Origin: Spironucleus salmonicida
Lineage: Eukaryota
Direction: 5' to 3'
NCBI RefSeq assembly: GCF_000497125.1
Contig: NC_090600.1
Coordinates: forward strand, 1,199,197-1,263,196
Length of the DNA: 64,000 bases
Part shown: piece by piece, positions 15,378-29,068 of the stretch
How the letters are laid out: every line of letters begins with the position of its first letter
Numbering within the stretch: position 1 is the first letter of the stretch
The notes under the pieces: generated by a model
What the model saw: only the letters and a program-made list of their open reading frames with translations
Told to the model about the DNA's origin: nothing
Databases searched by the model: none
Program-made: the position numbers and the translations under genes

Positions 15378-15839
15378 ATGTTATCTAAAATACTTTAATT
15401 TTTTACCCGTTCAGAAATTCTATTAAAATAAAAATAGAAAGAGCTATCGAATTATAAGCAATCTATAATCGACCTTACTGCGTAGCTTTCAGAATTTGAA
15501 TCATAAACATAAATATTAAATAATGACGTAATCTCTACATAGGGAAAAATTTAGGTTTATAAAGGAACCCATCAGATGAATGAATTGGATACTTAAAGAT
15601 AATAATAAGTAATTTCTGATATAGAATTTTTATTTTTAGAGCGTGATGAAATAAAGCAATAGATTAAAGATTAGACATAGATTGCACTTCAAAAAGAAGC
15701 AGAAATCAAAAGAAAATAACATGATTCGAAGCTTATAGAAGAAAATAATAAGGAATTTATTGTTGAGTGTGAAAAACTGAGAGAGTTTCATCACCATCTC
15801 GAAAAATAGGTTGAAGAACTAGAAAAAGAATTTGATTGA
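15378..15839 (+). CDS. Hypothetical coiled-coil protein, 153 aa
   Basis: ATG 15378 to in-frame TGA 15839. E/K/Q-rich. Confidence 0.55.
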
Positions 15840-15870
15840 ATATTAATATATTATATTATTTTTATTTTTT

Positions 15871-16290
15871 ATGGAGAAGAAAATTGAATTTCTAAGATAA
15901 CTATTTGGTGAACCTAAATAAACCTACCTTCCAGACTTATTCTAAGGACATGCAATATTTTCTTGCCAAAATTTTTAACCCTTATCAATTAAAAATTTAA
16001 AGGAGAAAACATTTAATCCTAAAAATATTCATTCTCGTTAAGTTTTTACGGAATCACTACAAGACACAAGATTTATTATTTCTAACATACCAAAAGATGC
16101 ACATGAAATGGACGTCATATAATAATTAGAAAAATTCTGTTAGCTTATATCTTTCAGCTTCACATATAACAAACAAGGCCGATTTCTACGATATGGGTTT
16201 GCAGAGCTTGCCTAACCTATTACTCTCGATAATATGAAATTAAATATAATTAAAATTCATTCCAGATCCACTCCAAAATTCAAAAAATGA
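15871..16290 (+). CDS. Small RRM protein (possibly U1-70K/snRNP35-like), 139 aa
   Basis: RNP2-like FIISNIP and RNP1-like RYGFAEL. N-terminal LFGEPKQTYLP is reminiscent of U1-70K LFAPRxPxxYLP. Confidence 0.6.
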
Positions 16291-17036
16291 CATTTTTTTC
16301 TGCTGCTAATTCCTTCGGATAAAATAAACCAGCTTTTGGATCTACTGCTACTCCTGCACCATAAACTTAACCACCATAATTCGTTATAGGTTCTGGTGTA
16401 TAATAATTTAGAGCTGATAAATTACAATCTATTCATGATCAATTACTGTCAGGATACTAAGAATCTGGTTAAAAATAATTTGTTACAAATTTTTATGTAT
16501 ACTAGGAAAAATAACAGTCATCTTTAGCAGCAATACCGGCATTTAATTCAGGATTTGGAAATTTTAATAAACCTTAAACAGCTCATGTGCCTGATTCTAT
16601 GCAAACTAGCACAAACCAAGCTAACAATTATGCTCTCAACACTTTAACACCATCAGAATATAGAGGTTTTGCTGGAATATAATAAAAATTAACTTAGACA
16701 TAAGAGGATTCGAAAAAAGTAGATTAATTAACATAATAAGTTAACGAGAAACTAAGTAAAATATTAAGCGCTTAAAAAGAAATATTTATAGAAATAGAAG
16801 AGCAATAATAAGTTTAACTAGCACTTAAAGTTTAATTACTGCAAAACTAAGAGAATGAGCAATCATTCTAGTATGGGTTTTCTATTAGCTTAGAAAATTT
16901 TTATGGAAGATTAAAAAATATATAAAACACGATATTAAAAGTTAATATGAATACAGTTAAATCGTTTTAAATTGATGAAAAAATAATTTAAGATATAGAA
17001 AAACTAGGTGTTTTAATTTGTAAACTTTTCGAGTGA
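16287..17036 (+). CDS. FG-repeat nucleoporin-like protein (Nup54/57-like), 249 aa
   Basis: MTFFSAANSFGQNKPAFGSTATPAP..., SGFGNF, then a coiled coil. ATG overlaps the upstream stop (ATGA). Confidence 0.6.
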
Positions 17037-17050
17037 ACGTTTTTCTCACA

Positions 17051-18697
17051 TCATATTTAAGTGATACCTAATCTAGCAACATTAGTAACTGCGGTTTTGA
17101 GCTGCATTTTCACTTTTGGCTCTATATTTGAGTTCATTATCATTTCACTAGTTGCTAAGAAATCTCCAGCCTAATTACTAAAATTGACACACCTTGATAA
17201 TCTTTCCTCAGTACCAAAATCAATTTTACCTCCTTACTGCCTGGCAAAAGTACATGTTTCCTTTACAACTTATGAGAATGAGTTACATATTTCTTGAACA
17301 ATGTTACAACAAGATACCACATTATCATAAACATCAGGCCTATTATTCATTTCCAAGCGCTTCAAATTTTTATTTATAATTTCTAAGACTTTAGTACCAC
17401 CATTTAAATCTAAAGTCTTTAAAACACCCATTCTTTATAAAATATCACATACTAACCGACAATCATCAAATTCTTAAACCAAGTCTAAAACATCTCTCTC
17501 TTCTCTATTTTTTAATTAATTTAATACAAGCAATTTATCTGACAAAATCCCCAATCTGTCATTATGATTTTACATAAATTTATCTATGTTCACGCTTCCT
17601 TTGCTACTGTAATTACTATTACTTTTCTTGGGCTAACTTGGCACGTACTCAATTTTTTCAGAATTATCAATAGCTTTGTACATATTAGTCGGATTATCTT
17701 CCTTATTAAAAGGAAATACGTATTTCAGAGAAACCACGTATATAACAACATTTGCATTTGGATTAGCAACCATAACTAGTATTTAGGGAATTGTTGAAGT
17801 TGTTCGTTGACAAACAGAAATAATATTATTGAATTGATATTCTAGCTAATTTTTCATGAATTTTTCGCCTGAATTTTCTACTACTCCGTAATCAAATATA
17901 TCAATACCGTGTTTTCTAACACCTACAGTGATCGCATCTTTAACTGGACAAAATAACCCGCTATATCCACCATTTCTAATTGGTGTGGTACTTACAACCC
18001 CACAATTCTAGGCGTCAAAAACAGTAGCTTTCTACCCGTCTGATGCGATGATAACCCGCTCTATCGGATGCGAGAAAATATACTAAACGCTCTTAAACGA
18101 GGAGCTTGTATTCCCAAGAAATATTTCACCCCTGTAAATCAGCTTTGTGAGATCCCAGACTAGAATTCTACCGCTTGCATCTCCGATATACAGCCAGCTG
18201 GCGTTGTAGTTAAACTACAGGCTTACAATTTCGTTGATGTCAACCAGCTTCGTCATTTGGCCATTCTTCATCTGGGACTGGTGCGCAGTGTTCAGATCTT
18301 GCAGTAGCTGGCCTTCACTACAATTCCAGAAGCGAACATTTCCGTCCTTCGCACCAGTGGCCGCAAACTGGCCGTTGGGCGTCAGTGCTGAGGCTGTAAC
18401 TGGCGCCCTGTGGGCCGATATCTACTTAGTCTGTTTGAGCGTGTGGGGGTCGAAAATGATGGCTTTTCCAGAGTCAAAATACGCTATTCCAGCAGTGTCA
18501 TTTTTAGAGATTGTTAAGCCCTACGGTGGCGCGTCGAAGATCGCCTCTGCTTTCATGACTGGCGTACCAAGGTCGAATGAGCGCATCGTGTTATTGGATA
18601 CGCAGAAGAAAGTTTGCGACTAGCCTCCGAAAGCTGCCACTTATGTGTTAGTTGCAAATGGTGCAAAAGACTAAAATGGGAAAATTTTATCTGTCAT
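17051..18697 (-). CDS. KATNB1: Katanin p80 WD40 subunit, 548 aa
   Basis: N-terminal WD40 (HRAPVTASALTPNGQFAATGAKDGNVRFWN) and C-terminal con80-like IDFGTEERLSRC. Confidence 0.75.
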
Positions 18698-19277
18698 TGT
18701 GAAACGGTGGAGTGGGTGATATTATATAATATATAATATTTATATAATATATTCAATTTTTGTTAATTAATGATTCGATAAATATTTATTTTAATGTATA
18801 AATTTGATAATAAATTGTATATGAAATGTTGTTTGAATAGTGATTTATGCATAAGAATAAATATAAACATGGTAAAATTTAATAATTTGTAACAGACTAA
18901 CTTGCAATCTGTTTTTGTATTTTTAATTCATTGACGAAAAATATATAACTATTTTGATATTATAGAATTAATAAAAAATTTAAAAAGTTATGTTGTCTCA
19001 TATCAATTTTTTATTTATTTAATAAACGTAAATATTAATCTATTTGTAAACGTATTTACAAAAACTATAACATATTATATTAATATTATAATATTATTTT
19101 TATATTAACTAAAATAGTTTTGTACATATATATTACATATATGAAATTATTACTAACATTAACTTCACTGAACAATTATTCTATAATATAAGTTAGTACA
19201 TTGTTCGTTTAGAATTTAAAAGAGATTTATATAAAATTTCATTAATTAAATTAAGATAAATTTACTTCCTAATTAGA

Positions 19278-19997
19278 ATGAAATCAATTAAGGAATAGCT
19301 TAATATCCTAAAATAAGACTCTACTAAGCTCGATAGACGTCTCCAATCATCAGAGTAATTGCTATCCCAAATGTACGAAGCACTAGTGCAACATCCAACA
19401 CAACCTATACCGGCATCTACTGAATTTACTAAAGCTGAGCATAGGTAATTCTTACAAGCTATAGATGAATAAGATAGGAAAAATGTTTAGCAAATAGCTC
19501 AGTATATACCCACAAAGACACCTGTCTAAATCCATAAATATGCATCTTAATACTTTATGCAGTACGACAAAACTATGATAGAAATCATGAAACAGGCTCA
19601 CGCTACAGATCTAGCATTCAAACAAGCAAACCAAAAACCACATTACATGTTTGCAGTATAATAGCTGGCACTGGCATCCCCACCACCCTTAATCAAATAA
19701 ATAGTCATCAAACACGCAAATTCTATGTTTTATGTCGTTTGTGGAACTAAGATACCAGAAAAGGACTATGGAAGAGAAATAAGAAATTATATTCAAATGG
19801 CAAATTCATTTCTAAGCTATGTAGTTACTTCGGCTGGATAATATGCGATTCGATCAATTATGACTGTCGCACTAGGTTTTTGGAAATTCTGGGAAGAATA
19901 GGAATTTTAGATGAACAATTTCGCAAAAATAGTCGATTTGCACGTAGATATTGTTTGTGCAATTGTATTCTGTATGATGGTCGTGAGTTGTCAGTGA
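19278..19997 (+). CDS. Myb-like (SHAQKYF-class) DNA-binding protein, 239 aa
   Basis: FTKAEHRQFLQAIDEQDRKNVQQIAQYIPTKTPVQIHKYASQYF. Confidence 0.78.
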
Positions 19998-20178
19998 AAG
20001 TTAAATTTTATTATTTTATTAGCTAAAATTTTTATTTTTTGTTTTAAAAATTATTGTATATACCATATATTATTATCAATATCTAAAATTTTAATTATTT
20101 AAGAATTATTAGGTATAGCGTTATTATATTTAAATAAATGTAAATTACTTACATTCCGCATATTTTCAAAACTTTAAA

Positions 20179-21321
20179 ATGGCAGATAAAATCTTACATT
20201 AATTAGACCAAATTGACTAATTAGCTTAACAGTATGAGTCTGCTCCTAATATGGTACAGGTAGAATAACTCTAAAACGAGCTCAAGGATGTCTAGAATAT
20301 ATTGGTTGATATCATTACATCTGATAAGTATCCTGATGAAGTTCGTGACATTACCTAACGCTATGGAGAAGTATCTTAATAGGTTGAAAGACTCAATGAG
20401 TATGCTCTTAATTCTACATCAAATCCAGTCACTCGTCAGCACTTGATTCCTCCAACTATTTCGATATCCTCATCAAGGCAACTTAACACTAATGTATAGT
20501 AATTACGCCAAACTCTTACTTCTATGCATTAAGCTGTTTTAGAAACCTCGGATGTTGGTTAAATCACTTAAGAATAAGTTATTGAGTAGCGTGAAATTAA
20601 GGATATCTCTACTCTTGCTGTTAATTCTCTTAAATAAACATTAAATGTTTAAAATAATAACTTATACGCTGAAAACTAACGTCTTCGTGACTAACTTGAA
20701 GAAGTATTAGCTGAAAATAACGATATCAAGTAAATCAATGTTACCTTACGTGCTTAATTAGATGAAGCAGTGACTGTCGCAACTCTTGGTGAAAAGAATA
20801 CTAAGACTCTTTATGAAGAACGTGGTAGAAATGCTGAAGATACTGAGCGTTTAACAGCTGATGTTGACCGTTATAGAAGTAAATTTGAAAACTTGAAAGT
20901 CTTATTTGATATGGAATAGAAAAATTCATCTGCATCTCGTTAAGAATCCATATAAAAACTTACATAATTAGAGGCTGAGAAAGATGCACTTTTCGATGCA
21001 AATTCTAAAATGTAGCTTCGTTTAGCTGAGCTGGAAGAATGCGACATGGACAGCGCTGCTATTGAAGTAAAGAGAGCGGCACAAACTATTATTGAATTAA
21101 ACAAATAGATTGATGAGCTTAAAAATAGAATAGGTTAATAATAACAAGTTGACGTTGATACTACTCAAGCTTTAAAAGCTACAATTGCTGCCATCCACGA
21201 AGGTGATACTCAATTTATTGAATAAACAGTAATTTAAAAAACCTAATTAATGGACCAGTTAAAGAGCTCTCGTTCTGAAATAGATCAATTAAAAAGCAGG
21301 TTGCAGAATAAGAGAAAATGA
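20179..21321 (+). CDS. Coiled-coil protein, 380 aa
   Basis: MADKILHQLDQIDQLAQQYE... to in-frame TGA. Heptad-rich. Confidence 0.7.
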
Positions 21322-21544
21322 AACATTTTGATTATATTATTTTTTAGTCATATTTATGATGTAATTATTGTACTCCAAATGTAGCTTCTTATATGATCAA
21401 TTTTATAGTAAAATTGTTAGTGTATTCAAAATTAACAATTATAGTAAAAATCAGTTCATATATTACTAAATCCTAGCTGTTTGAATGTAGTGATTTATAA
21501 TTAATCTTTAATAATTTGCTCCCAAATATAAATCCTCCTCTCAC

Positions 21545-21871
21545 TCATTCTAACTACTCCAGCAATCCATCCAAATTTTTATGCACTTCTACAATAGAAT
21601 TAAGAAATGCTTCCTCCACTTTCCCTTCCGAATCTTACTTTTAAATCCTAATTAGCATAGACTATTCTAGTGGATGTGGCTACCTTATAGCCACATAGCG
21701 AATATTGTTCTGTTGTCTAAGTTCATGAGCTAAAAGTGTTGCGACGGTATGATCACAATGTGGAATATTGAACTCAGCTGCATTTTTATCTGTTCCAATA
21801 GGATGAATTTATAGTGGTTATTGATTATCTAAATAACGTACTGCTTCTAAACGATTTGGTAAATTTTCCAT
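21545..21871 (-). CDS. RPB11: RNA polymerase II subunit RPB11, 108 aa
   Basis: MENLPNRLE...NAAEFNIPHCDHTVATLLAHELR...VAIRQPHPLE, the RPB11/RpoL pattern. Confidence 0.82.
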
Positions 21872-21914
21872 TTAAAAGGAACGGAATATAATATATAGTA
21901 AAATTATAAAACAA

Positions 21915-22490
21915 TCATAGTATATAACCAAATTTAACTGCAAAATTAACTACTTTTTATTAGTTATGATCTAATTTTTCATATTCTTCGTCAAATTATT
22001 ATTATAATATCTTATTTTCTTCTATTAAAACCCAGTACTAATTTTACAGTTTTAGCAGTTGATTAAGTTCAGAGTTACCAATTATCTTGATCTTCTTTAA
22101 TTCTGTTTCAACTTAAGCTACAGATTATCTAAATACATCATAATTTGATTTTAATACGAAATTTTCTTTTTATATCTACATTTTTTTTGAAACTCTCATT
22201 TAATTATCTTTTTTGATATTTAGTTCTTCTTCATAGTTTTTTATATCTTTCTGATATCTATTAATTATTTCTGTATATTCTAGCATTTACTCTTTATAAT
22301 TTTAAATTTAGTCCTAAATTCTAGGGTATTAAACATTAAATTACTATTTCTCTATCTCATAAGAAATTTATGGATCTTCCCAATGATCAGTTTAAATTAA
22401 CTTAATTCTATCTTATAAATTACCAAGAAGCGCTAATTTGAACGGCTAAATATCATCTGAAATCGATAATGATTCTTATTAGTCTTCCAT
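21915..22490 (-). CDS. Hypothetical protein, 191 aa
   Basis: MEDQQESLSISDDIQPF... to in-frame TGA. Confidence 0.55.
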
Positions 22491-23081
22491 GATAATTTTA
22501 TTATATCAATATATATAATATCATAATAAGTAATTATTCAACAATATATTCTAAATCTAGTTGAATAACTGTTTTATTTACTCGTATTTATTTATATCCA
22601 TATTACCCATATACTCAATAATTTAGGGTCACTAATTAATTCTTTAACATACTACATTGTTTATGGGTTAAGTTATGTAGCATAAATAAAAATGTATATT
22701 TATCTTATTAAGAAATATAGAAGAATAACCTATTAATCTAATTTTCTATATTCATTAATATAAACATTTAATATATGTTTATACTTTAGAGATATAATTA
22801 TTAATTATAAAAATGGTAAAACACTCGTATAAAAAGTTAAATTAAGTTACAGTGTTCCTTTGGTATTAATTTAAATTTAATTTGGAATTGTTAATATCTG
22901 ATGGCAATGATTTCCATGATCAATAATATTAAAATAATAGGCTCTCATTATATTCAATTTTCATTCAAATAAAGTTATAAACAAGAAATTATTTTTTAAA
23001 GATTCTTTAGTTTGTGATTCTAAAAATATATTATAATTTATAATCAAAAAGAACATTTTCATACGCATTCCGCAAAATAAA

Positions 23082-24143
23082 ATGGGCTGCGGAGGGTCGT
23101 AGTCTAACAAATTATCATCTTCAACAATGATAAAAGAATAGCCATAAAAGAATGCCCCTAAAAATTCAACATCATAGATATACTCAAACGGTCGCCTCAG
23201 TCCATAGTTTTCGTTTTAAATCCCAAATTCAAAAATTGACCCAGAAAATATAATTTAATATGGTATTTGTGCAAATTAGCGGGTTAGAAGATCACAGCTT
23301 TCAAGTGACGCTAAAATTGTTTTAGATTAGCTCGTTTCCACTGCGTATGCTTTTTAACAAAATACTACTATAAGTTTGTAGAATGTCAATGATTTATCAT
23401 CTATTTTAGATGCATTCTATTCAGATTATCCAGAAATATTCTGGACTAAAATATAATCTACGTTGGTTGTTTCAAGTGGGATAGAGATATATTTCAGTTA
23501 ATTCGACATTGAAAGTGCTCAGAAACGTATTAACTGGGTTAATCAGGCTATCGCCTATGTAATTGACTTTAGATGTTATGAAAATGCTCCTGTGTTAGCA
23601 TTATAAAGGGTAATGAATGTTTAACCTATTGATAGTTTAGTAGAAATTGATTCAGTTTTAATCGAGAAATAAGGTTCACAGATTGCCATTTTACGTACAT
23701 TCTAGATTTTATTGATGAGGTTAGGTTATTAATGTATTATAGAAAATGATACTATTCTTTATAAATTAAGTTCTGATACGTAATGGAATGCTGCTTAGCC
23801 ATAAAGTGGTAACATTAAAGGTCTTTATGTTCAAAATAAAATATAAGGCTACGATATTGGAAATATCAACCCTGTTGGTGTGTTTTAAGCTTAAAAGGTT
23901 GCTGTATAAATTTAATAAAGTTAATTTATGGAGAGATCTGCTAAGTGCACTGTATTTGTATAAGGATATGCAGAAGATATTAAACTTTAATTACCATAAT
24001 TGTAGCCCATATTAACAAAAATGGGTGCAGGTTTTATTTCAAATGTGAATATTATTGAAGCCACAACTTGTACTGCCTCCGAGATTTATTTTACTATTTC
24101 TGCTGAAGTATCTTAATTAAACATTGAGATTAATAGGATATGA
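23082..24143 (+). CDS. N-acylated (MGCGGS) protein with degenerate transglutaminase-like region, 353 aa
   Basis: MGCGGS myristoylation/palmitoylation motif. DYPEIFW and ILRTFQILLMRLGYQC resemble transglutaminase-like domains. Confidence 0.6.
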
Positions 24144-24158
24144 TTATAATTCAATTTT

Positions 24159-26027
24159 TCACTTTTTACCTCTAGATTTCTTTTCAATTCTAACTAAATT
24201 TTTAACATCATGAGTTTACTAGTCGTACTAACTATTAACAATACTTTTGATCCTGTTGATTCTTTCTGACCTCTCCTTCATCCTGTGTTATCTCATAACT
24301 ACCTCTTAACGCTTTTCTTTTAGCACTTTTCTAGCAGTATCCTTTTATACTCGCTTTTCAGCTTTTTCTAAAGCTTTGGCTCTAGCTTTTGTTCTGTCTA
24401 ATGATAAATCTTTTTTATAATCATAACTTTACGCATATAGTGGCTCTAACTACTATATGAGTACAGGCTTTTCTTTAATGTAATCTAAACATATAATAGT
24501 ATTGGTATTTTGACAAAATTATTACAAAATTGAAGGCACAAAATCTATGTTGATTTAAAATACACTCTAATACACTTTCACAATAGTTTACACTATGGAA
24601 ACAATCATTTCTTGGCTAACTTCTTATTTATAACTTGTAGACATAAGAACACGCAAATCAAATTTTGTATTACATTCTTTTAAATATATACTAGATTAAT
24701 ATTCAATAAACGTTAATACATTTTAGCAAAATCTTAAAACAGAACTATTATACCTATAACAGTTGATACTTAAGCATGCAACTTAAGAAACAAAGAATAA
24801 ACTTTACATGAGTTAATTAGTTGTTTTAATTGGCTATAATAAGATATTTTCGGAGACTAAAAAGCACATAGAGAATAAATTATTAAGTTTTTAGCTTGAG
24901 AAATCGGTTTATATATAGCATATATTTATTAATCTCAATACTAAAGAAATTTAAACTGCTTGAAGAGTCTTATATTAGTTTAAATAATTTAGCAACAAAC
25001 CAGCGCAGTGGGATGGAAGCTCATAAGTTATATGCCTAAAACATCTCATACAACAATCCTTTCTTGTTAAGTCATTAATTTCTATAAAACGTTTAAAAAC
25101 GAAGCTAGATAATTTTTCCATGGCTGGTGCATTATTTTTATCATTCAATGTCGAGTTTGTCTTAATAAGTCTATCCATGACTACAATTTCTTCTGAGTTC
25201 CTTGCCCTGTTAAGTAAAATACCAAATTATGAATAGTTTCCTGGAACCTAAATAATAAACGGAAGAGACTGTAAATAAGCACTAGAACCTTCAGCAGTAT
25301 CAATTTCCTAAATTGATATATCTTCTAATTTTTATGATTCCGAAGATTCTTCAATTTATTCACTTTCGTTATCAGTACCAGCCCTAAATTCCTCCATATC
25401 CACTTCATCGTCGCCTAAGTCATAATTTATTTTTTGTGTTTTCGTATTTCTTTATAATTCAATAAGTCTAGCCGCACCAGCTCTAACAGCATCATCATGT
25501 GTTATTTAACCTTTGTTAGCAGCCACTAGACCACTAATATCATCATTATGGCGTTAGTTTACAGATACTTCTCTTTGAGGCAAAATATCTTTCAATTACT
25601 ATGAGATTTTATCCAATTGATAAATTTTTTTCTCTACTTATAATTTAGTTTATTTCTTTTCTTCTCTAAAATGTTTAGATTTTTCCTAAATTTCTTGATA
25701 AATTTTATCCGTTTCTGAGATTTTGAAATGTTAAGTCGCTTCTTACTTTTGGAGAACAAACTCAGCAATTTAAGATTGAATCTATGCTGAAGATTTCTAA
25801 GTATCATCTTATACGAAAGTTAGTTACTAAGTTTATGGCTTTTACGGTTATTACTTCGATTATTAAGTATTAGATTTTTATGCATGTTAATATGGAATTA
25901 TTTTATTAAGTACTTTTTAATGAGTGTGTGATTTTTTTATATCGAAAGGATTGGGTGCGTTTATTTTAAGTTTTGACCTCGCTTATTCAAGGCGAGCGTT
26001 CATATTTTGTTTAGTTGGTTTAGCCAT
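24159..26027 (-). CDS. NOP14: Nucleolar protein NOP14-like, 622 aa
   Basis: N-terminal NPFDIKKSHTHQKVL, acidic middle, K/R-rich C-terminus (KLKSEYKR...). Confidence 0.6.
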
Positions 26028-26340
26028 TTATATGGAATGAAAAGTGAAAGTAAACATACTATAGTACATATAATTATACTATAATTTATTTGATGAAATA
26101 CTTAAATATTATTTGGTAAAATTATATATTAAGAAAATCACTGTACGTATTGATTTAATTAGTAAACAACTTTATAAGTATGTTGTTAACTTCTAATAAT
26201 TTAGGCAACGATTATTGTATTATAATATTAAAAATTATTGTCATACACTTGCTGTATACTTTAACAATACGTTTTTGAGAAGTCTTAATGCAACCATTTA
26301 GTAATAAATAGTAACTTAGATTTTCCAACCTTTCTTAAAA

Positions 26341-26865
26341 ATGGAGCATTTACTTGAAAGACGTTCATGCCGTGCATTCTAGCCTACAACTATTACTTAG
26401 AAATAGATTGACTAAATTGTACTTGCAGGTATGTCTGCACCTTCTAGCTTTGGTAAGTATCCTGTTCATTTTTTAACAGTTACTGATAAGAAAGATTTAG
26501 AATTTTTATCCACTTTGAACGAGTACTCAACTTTTACCAAAGATGCTGCATGTGTAGTTATTATTTGTGTAGATCAGAAGGCTGCTTTAGATTATGGACA
26601 TTAAGAAACTTTTGCTACTATTGATGGCGGAGTTGCCCTTTAGAACATCCTTACTGCTTCTAAAATTTAGGGATTTGATGTTGTTTGCTGCGGAACTTAT
26701 CCCATGGAAAATCTTATGGGTCCTATTAGAAAACATTTTGGCATTCCAGATGACATTTCTGTATTTAACAGAGTAGTTATTGGTAAAAAGTCAGATAACT
26801 TCAAATATGATGCCGATTATGACAATAAATATGATGCTAAGAAGCAACATACAGGAAAATGGTGA
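26341..26865 (+). CDS. Nitroreductase family flavoprotein, 174 aa
   Basis: LLERRSCRAF...GMSAPSS...PVHF; DGGVALQNILTASKIQG. Confidence 0.88.
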
Positions 26866-26898
26866 TTCATATTTCATTTCAGTCTACAATTTAATAAA

Positions 26899-27696
26899 AT
26901 GTAACCCTTTCTTTATTACTGGAATTCTAGAAAAACACTACAATAAAGTAATAGCCAGTAGTTATTATTAGTAGAAAACGGCATTTTTGATCTTACTACA
27001 TAAAATATTCTAATAAATAAGCCAGTACAGTTATTTTCTCTTAATGAGTAATAACTAATTTATTGCACGGTTAAAGATTCTATTTTTATAAAAAGTAATA
27101 TGAAAACGCATGAAATTAGATATCCAGTACACCCTTATACAACCTTTATAGACTTTCCATAAGATATATAAAATGACAAAGTTTTACGACGTAAATCACT
27201 TGAATGGTTAGACTTTGAAAAGCTTGTAATAAAATTAAAGTATTAACCAGAAGATAGTTATTTATCTGCCTTTTATGATGATAATGATGTTTGTTATGTG
27301 GCATCTGGTACATTTTTAAGTCGAATATGCTTTAAGTCTCTGTAAACTATTGATTTTTGCAAAATACATTCAAGAATTAATTGTGTTTAGAAGATTGACA
27401 AATTTATAGTTATAGGTACTATGATGGGGGATGTTATTTTTACTGATTTAACAGGTAACATCGTTTTTTAATTCATGATAAGCTCCATTGTTAAGGGGCC
27501 AATTGGACAATTTAAAGAGTATAAAAAATTGATTTTCGCAATAGGACATAGAATTATAACTAAAATTAATATTACAAACTAAAAATTTGAAATTTTTGCA
27601 GAATTTGGGAGTATTTATGGAATCGTATTTGATGAAATAAAAGGAACTTGTCTAGTGGCTTGTGATACTGGGTTAATTAGCCTAGTGATTGATTGA
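26899..27696 (+). CDS. Hypothetical protein (beta-propeller-like), 265 aa
   Basis: MQPFLYYWNSRK... to in-frame TGA. Beta-strand-rich (IVIGTMMGDVIF). Confidence 0.55.
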
Positions 27697-27982
27697 TAAA
27701 TTTGAATATTAGTTTTCAAGTTCACTAATAATACTTTGGTTACAGATATACTAGTATTTCTAAAATAAAAATATCGAATTGGACTAATGAACCATAAATA
27801 TCAGAACATAAACTATTTATATTAATAAAATAAAAGTATGTCCCAACTTTATCTGTTTAAATTATCATCATGTTTAATCTACTGTATGTTTTTCTTAATC
27901 ATTTATCATAATTTAAAATACATGATTATTTATTATTTTATTATTATAAAGTATCAAACCACTCCATATTTCAAAACTTTAA

Positions 27983-29068
27983 ATGCCAATCACTGTATAG
28001 AAGAACCTTCCAGCAGTTGTTACCTCATAAATGGCTATAATGCGTCTACGTGAGCTTCACTTCGAGCGTGCTTTCTAAAACCAAAAAGCTCCTACTGCAG
28101 CAACATTTGCGTACAAATCAGCCTCCCCGATGGATCAACTTCTTGCGTTTTCTTCTATTTCACGCTGGCTTCTTGAGCGCTTAAATGCAAAACTGTAGAC
28201 ATTTTCTGAATTTGACGAACCGAATGCCATCGCATTGGAAATAATTAACGCGTCAAAGCCATTCGTTGACTGTAGTAGCCTCGCCCCTCACGAGTTAAGA
28301 ACTGGATCTGGAGATACAGTTTCTGCATTGATTTTGGCCCTTTCTGAGGCTGTTCTAGAAAAATAGTAGCTTACCGTTATTGCCTGGAAAGACCCTCAGG
28401 CGACCCAGCAATAGGCTCAGAACATTGAAGACGATGATTAGGATGAAGACTTTATTGATGATGTTTTCATGACTTCTTTCTCCAACAATCAGCAAACGCC
28501 TTAAAACAAAATTGCACAATAAGAAATTGCTCCAGGAATTTAGGACATTCACAAATGGAATGAAGAGCAATTATAGGTCGAACAGCAATTAAATGCGTCT
28601 AAATACGCTTAGGTTAACTAAGACTGGCGTCCAGATATTTAGAAACTTACTACGCTAGCTTCATAACTTTCTACTGAGTCTTCCACAATTACATAATAGA
28701 TATAAGTGGTTTCTGAAGGGATTGGTAAGTAGTTGGAACGTTTAACTCAAAGAGAATAATTTCTTAATTAATAAATATCATCTTTTTCTGGTAAGCTTAT
28801 TGAAGTTTCTAGAAAGCATCAATCTCTTACTAAAGAGCAGGACGAAGTTTAACAGGAAATTAGTGTATTAAACGAATAATTACTTGAAAATACTGATAAA
28901 TTTAAGCGCGCAAAAAGCGAACTTACAGCTGAAAACAATAGAATTACCGATACAAGTGGATTAAGCTTTGCTAAATAAGCAATCGCATCTTTAAGCAGTG
29001 AAATCAGAGATATAGATTTAAAGATAGTCCTCGCTTAATAAAGATTATTTTCGGGCGTGAGTTAATGA
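27983..29068 (+). CDS. IFT57: Intraflagellar transport protein IFT57, 361 aa
   Basis: FSEFDEPNAIA...PHELRTGSG..., WNEEQLQVEQQL, DWRPD, C-terminal coiled coil ending ITDTSGL. Confidence 0.82.
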
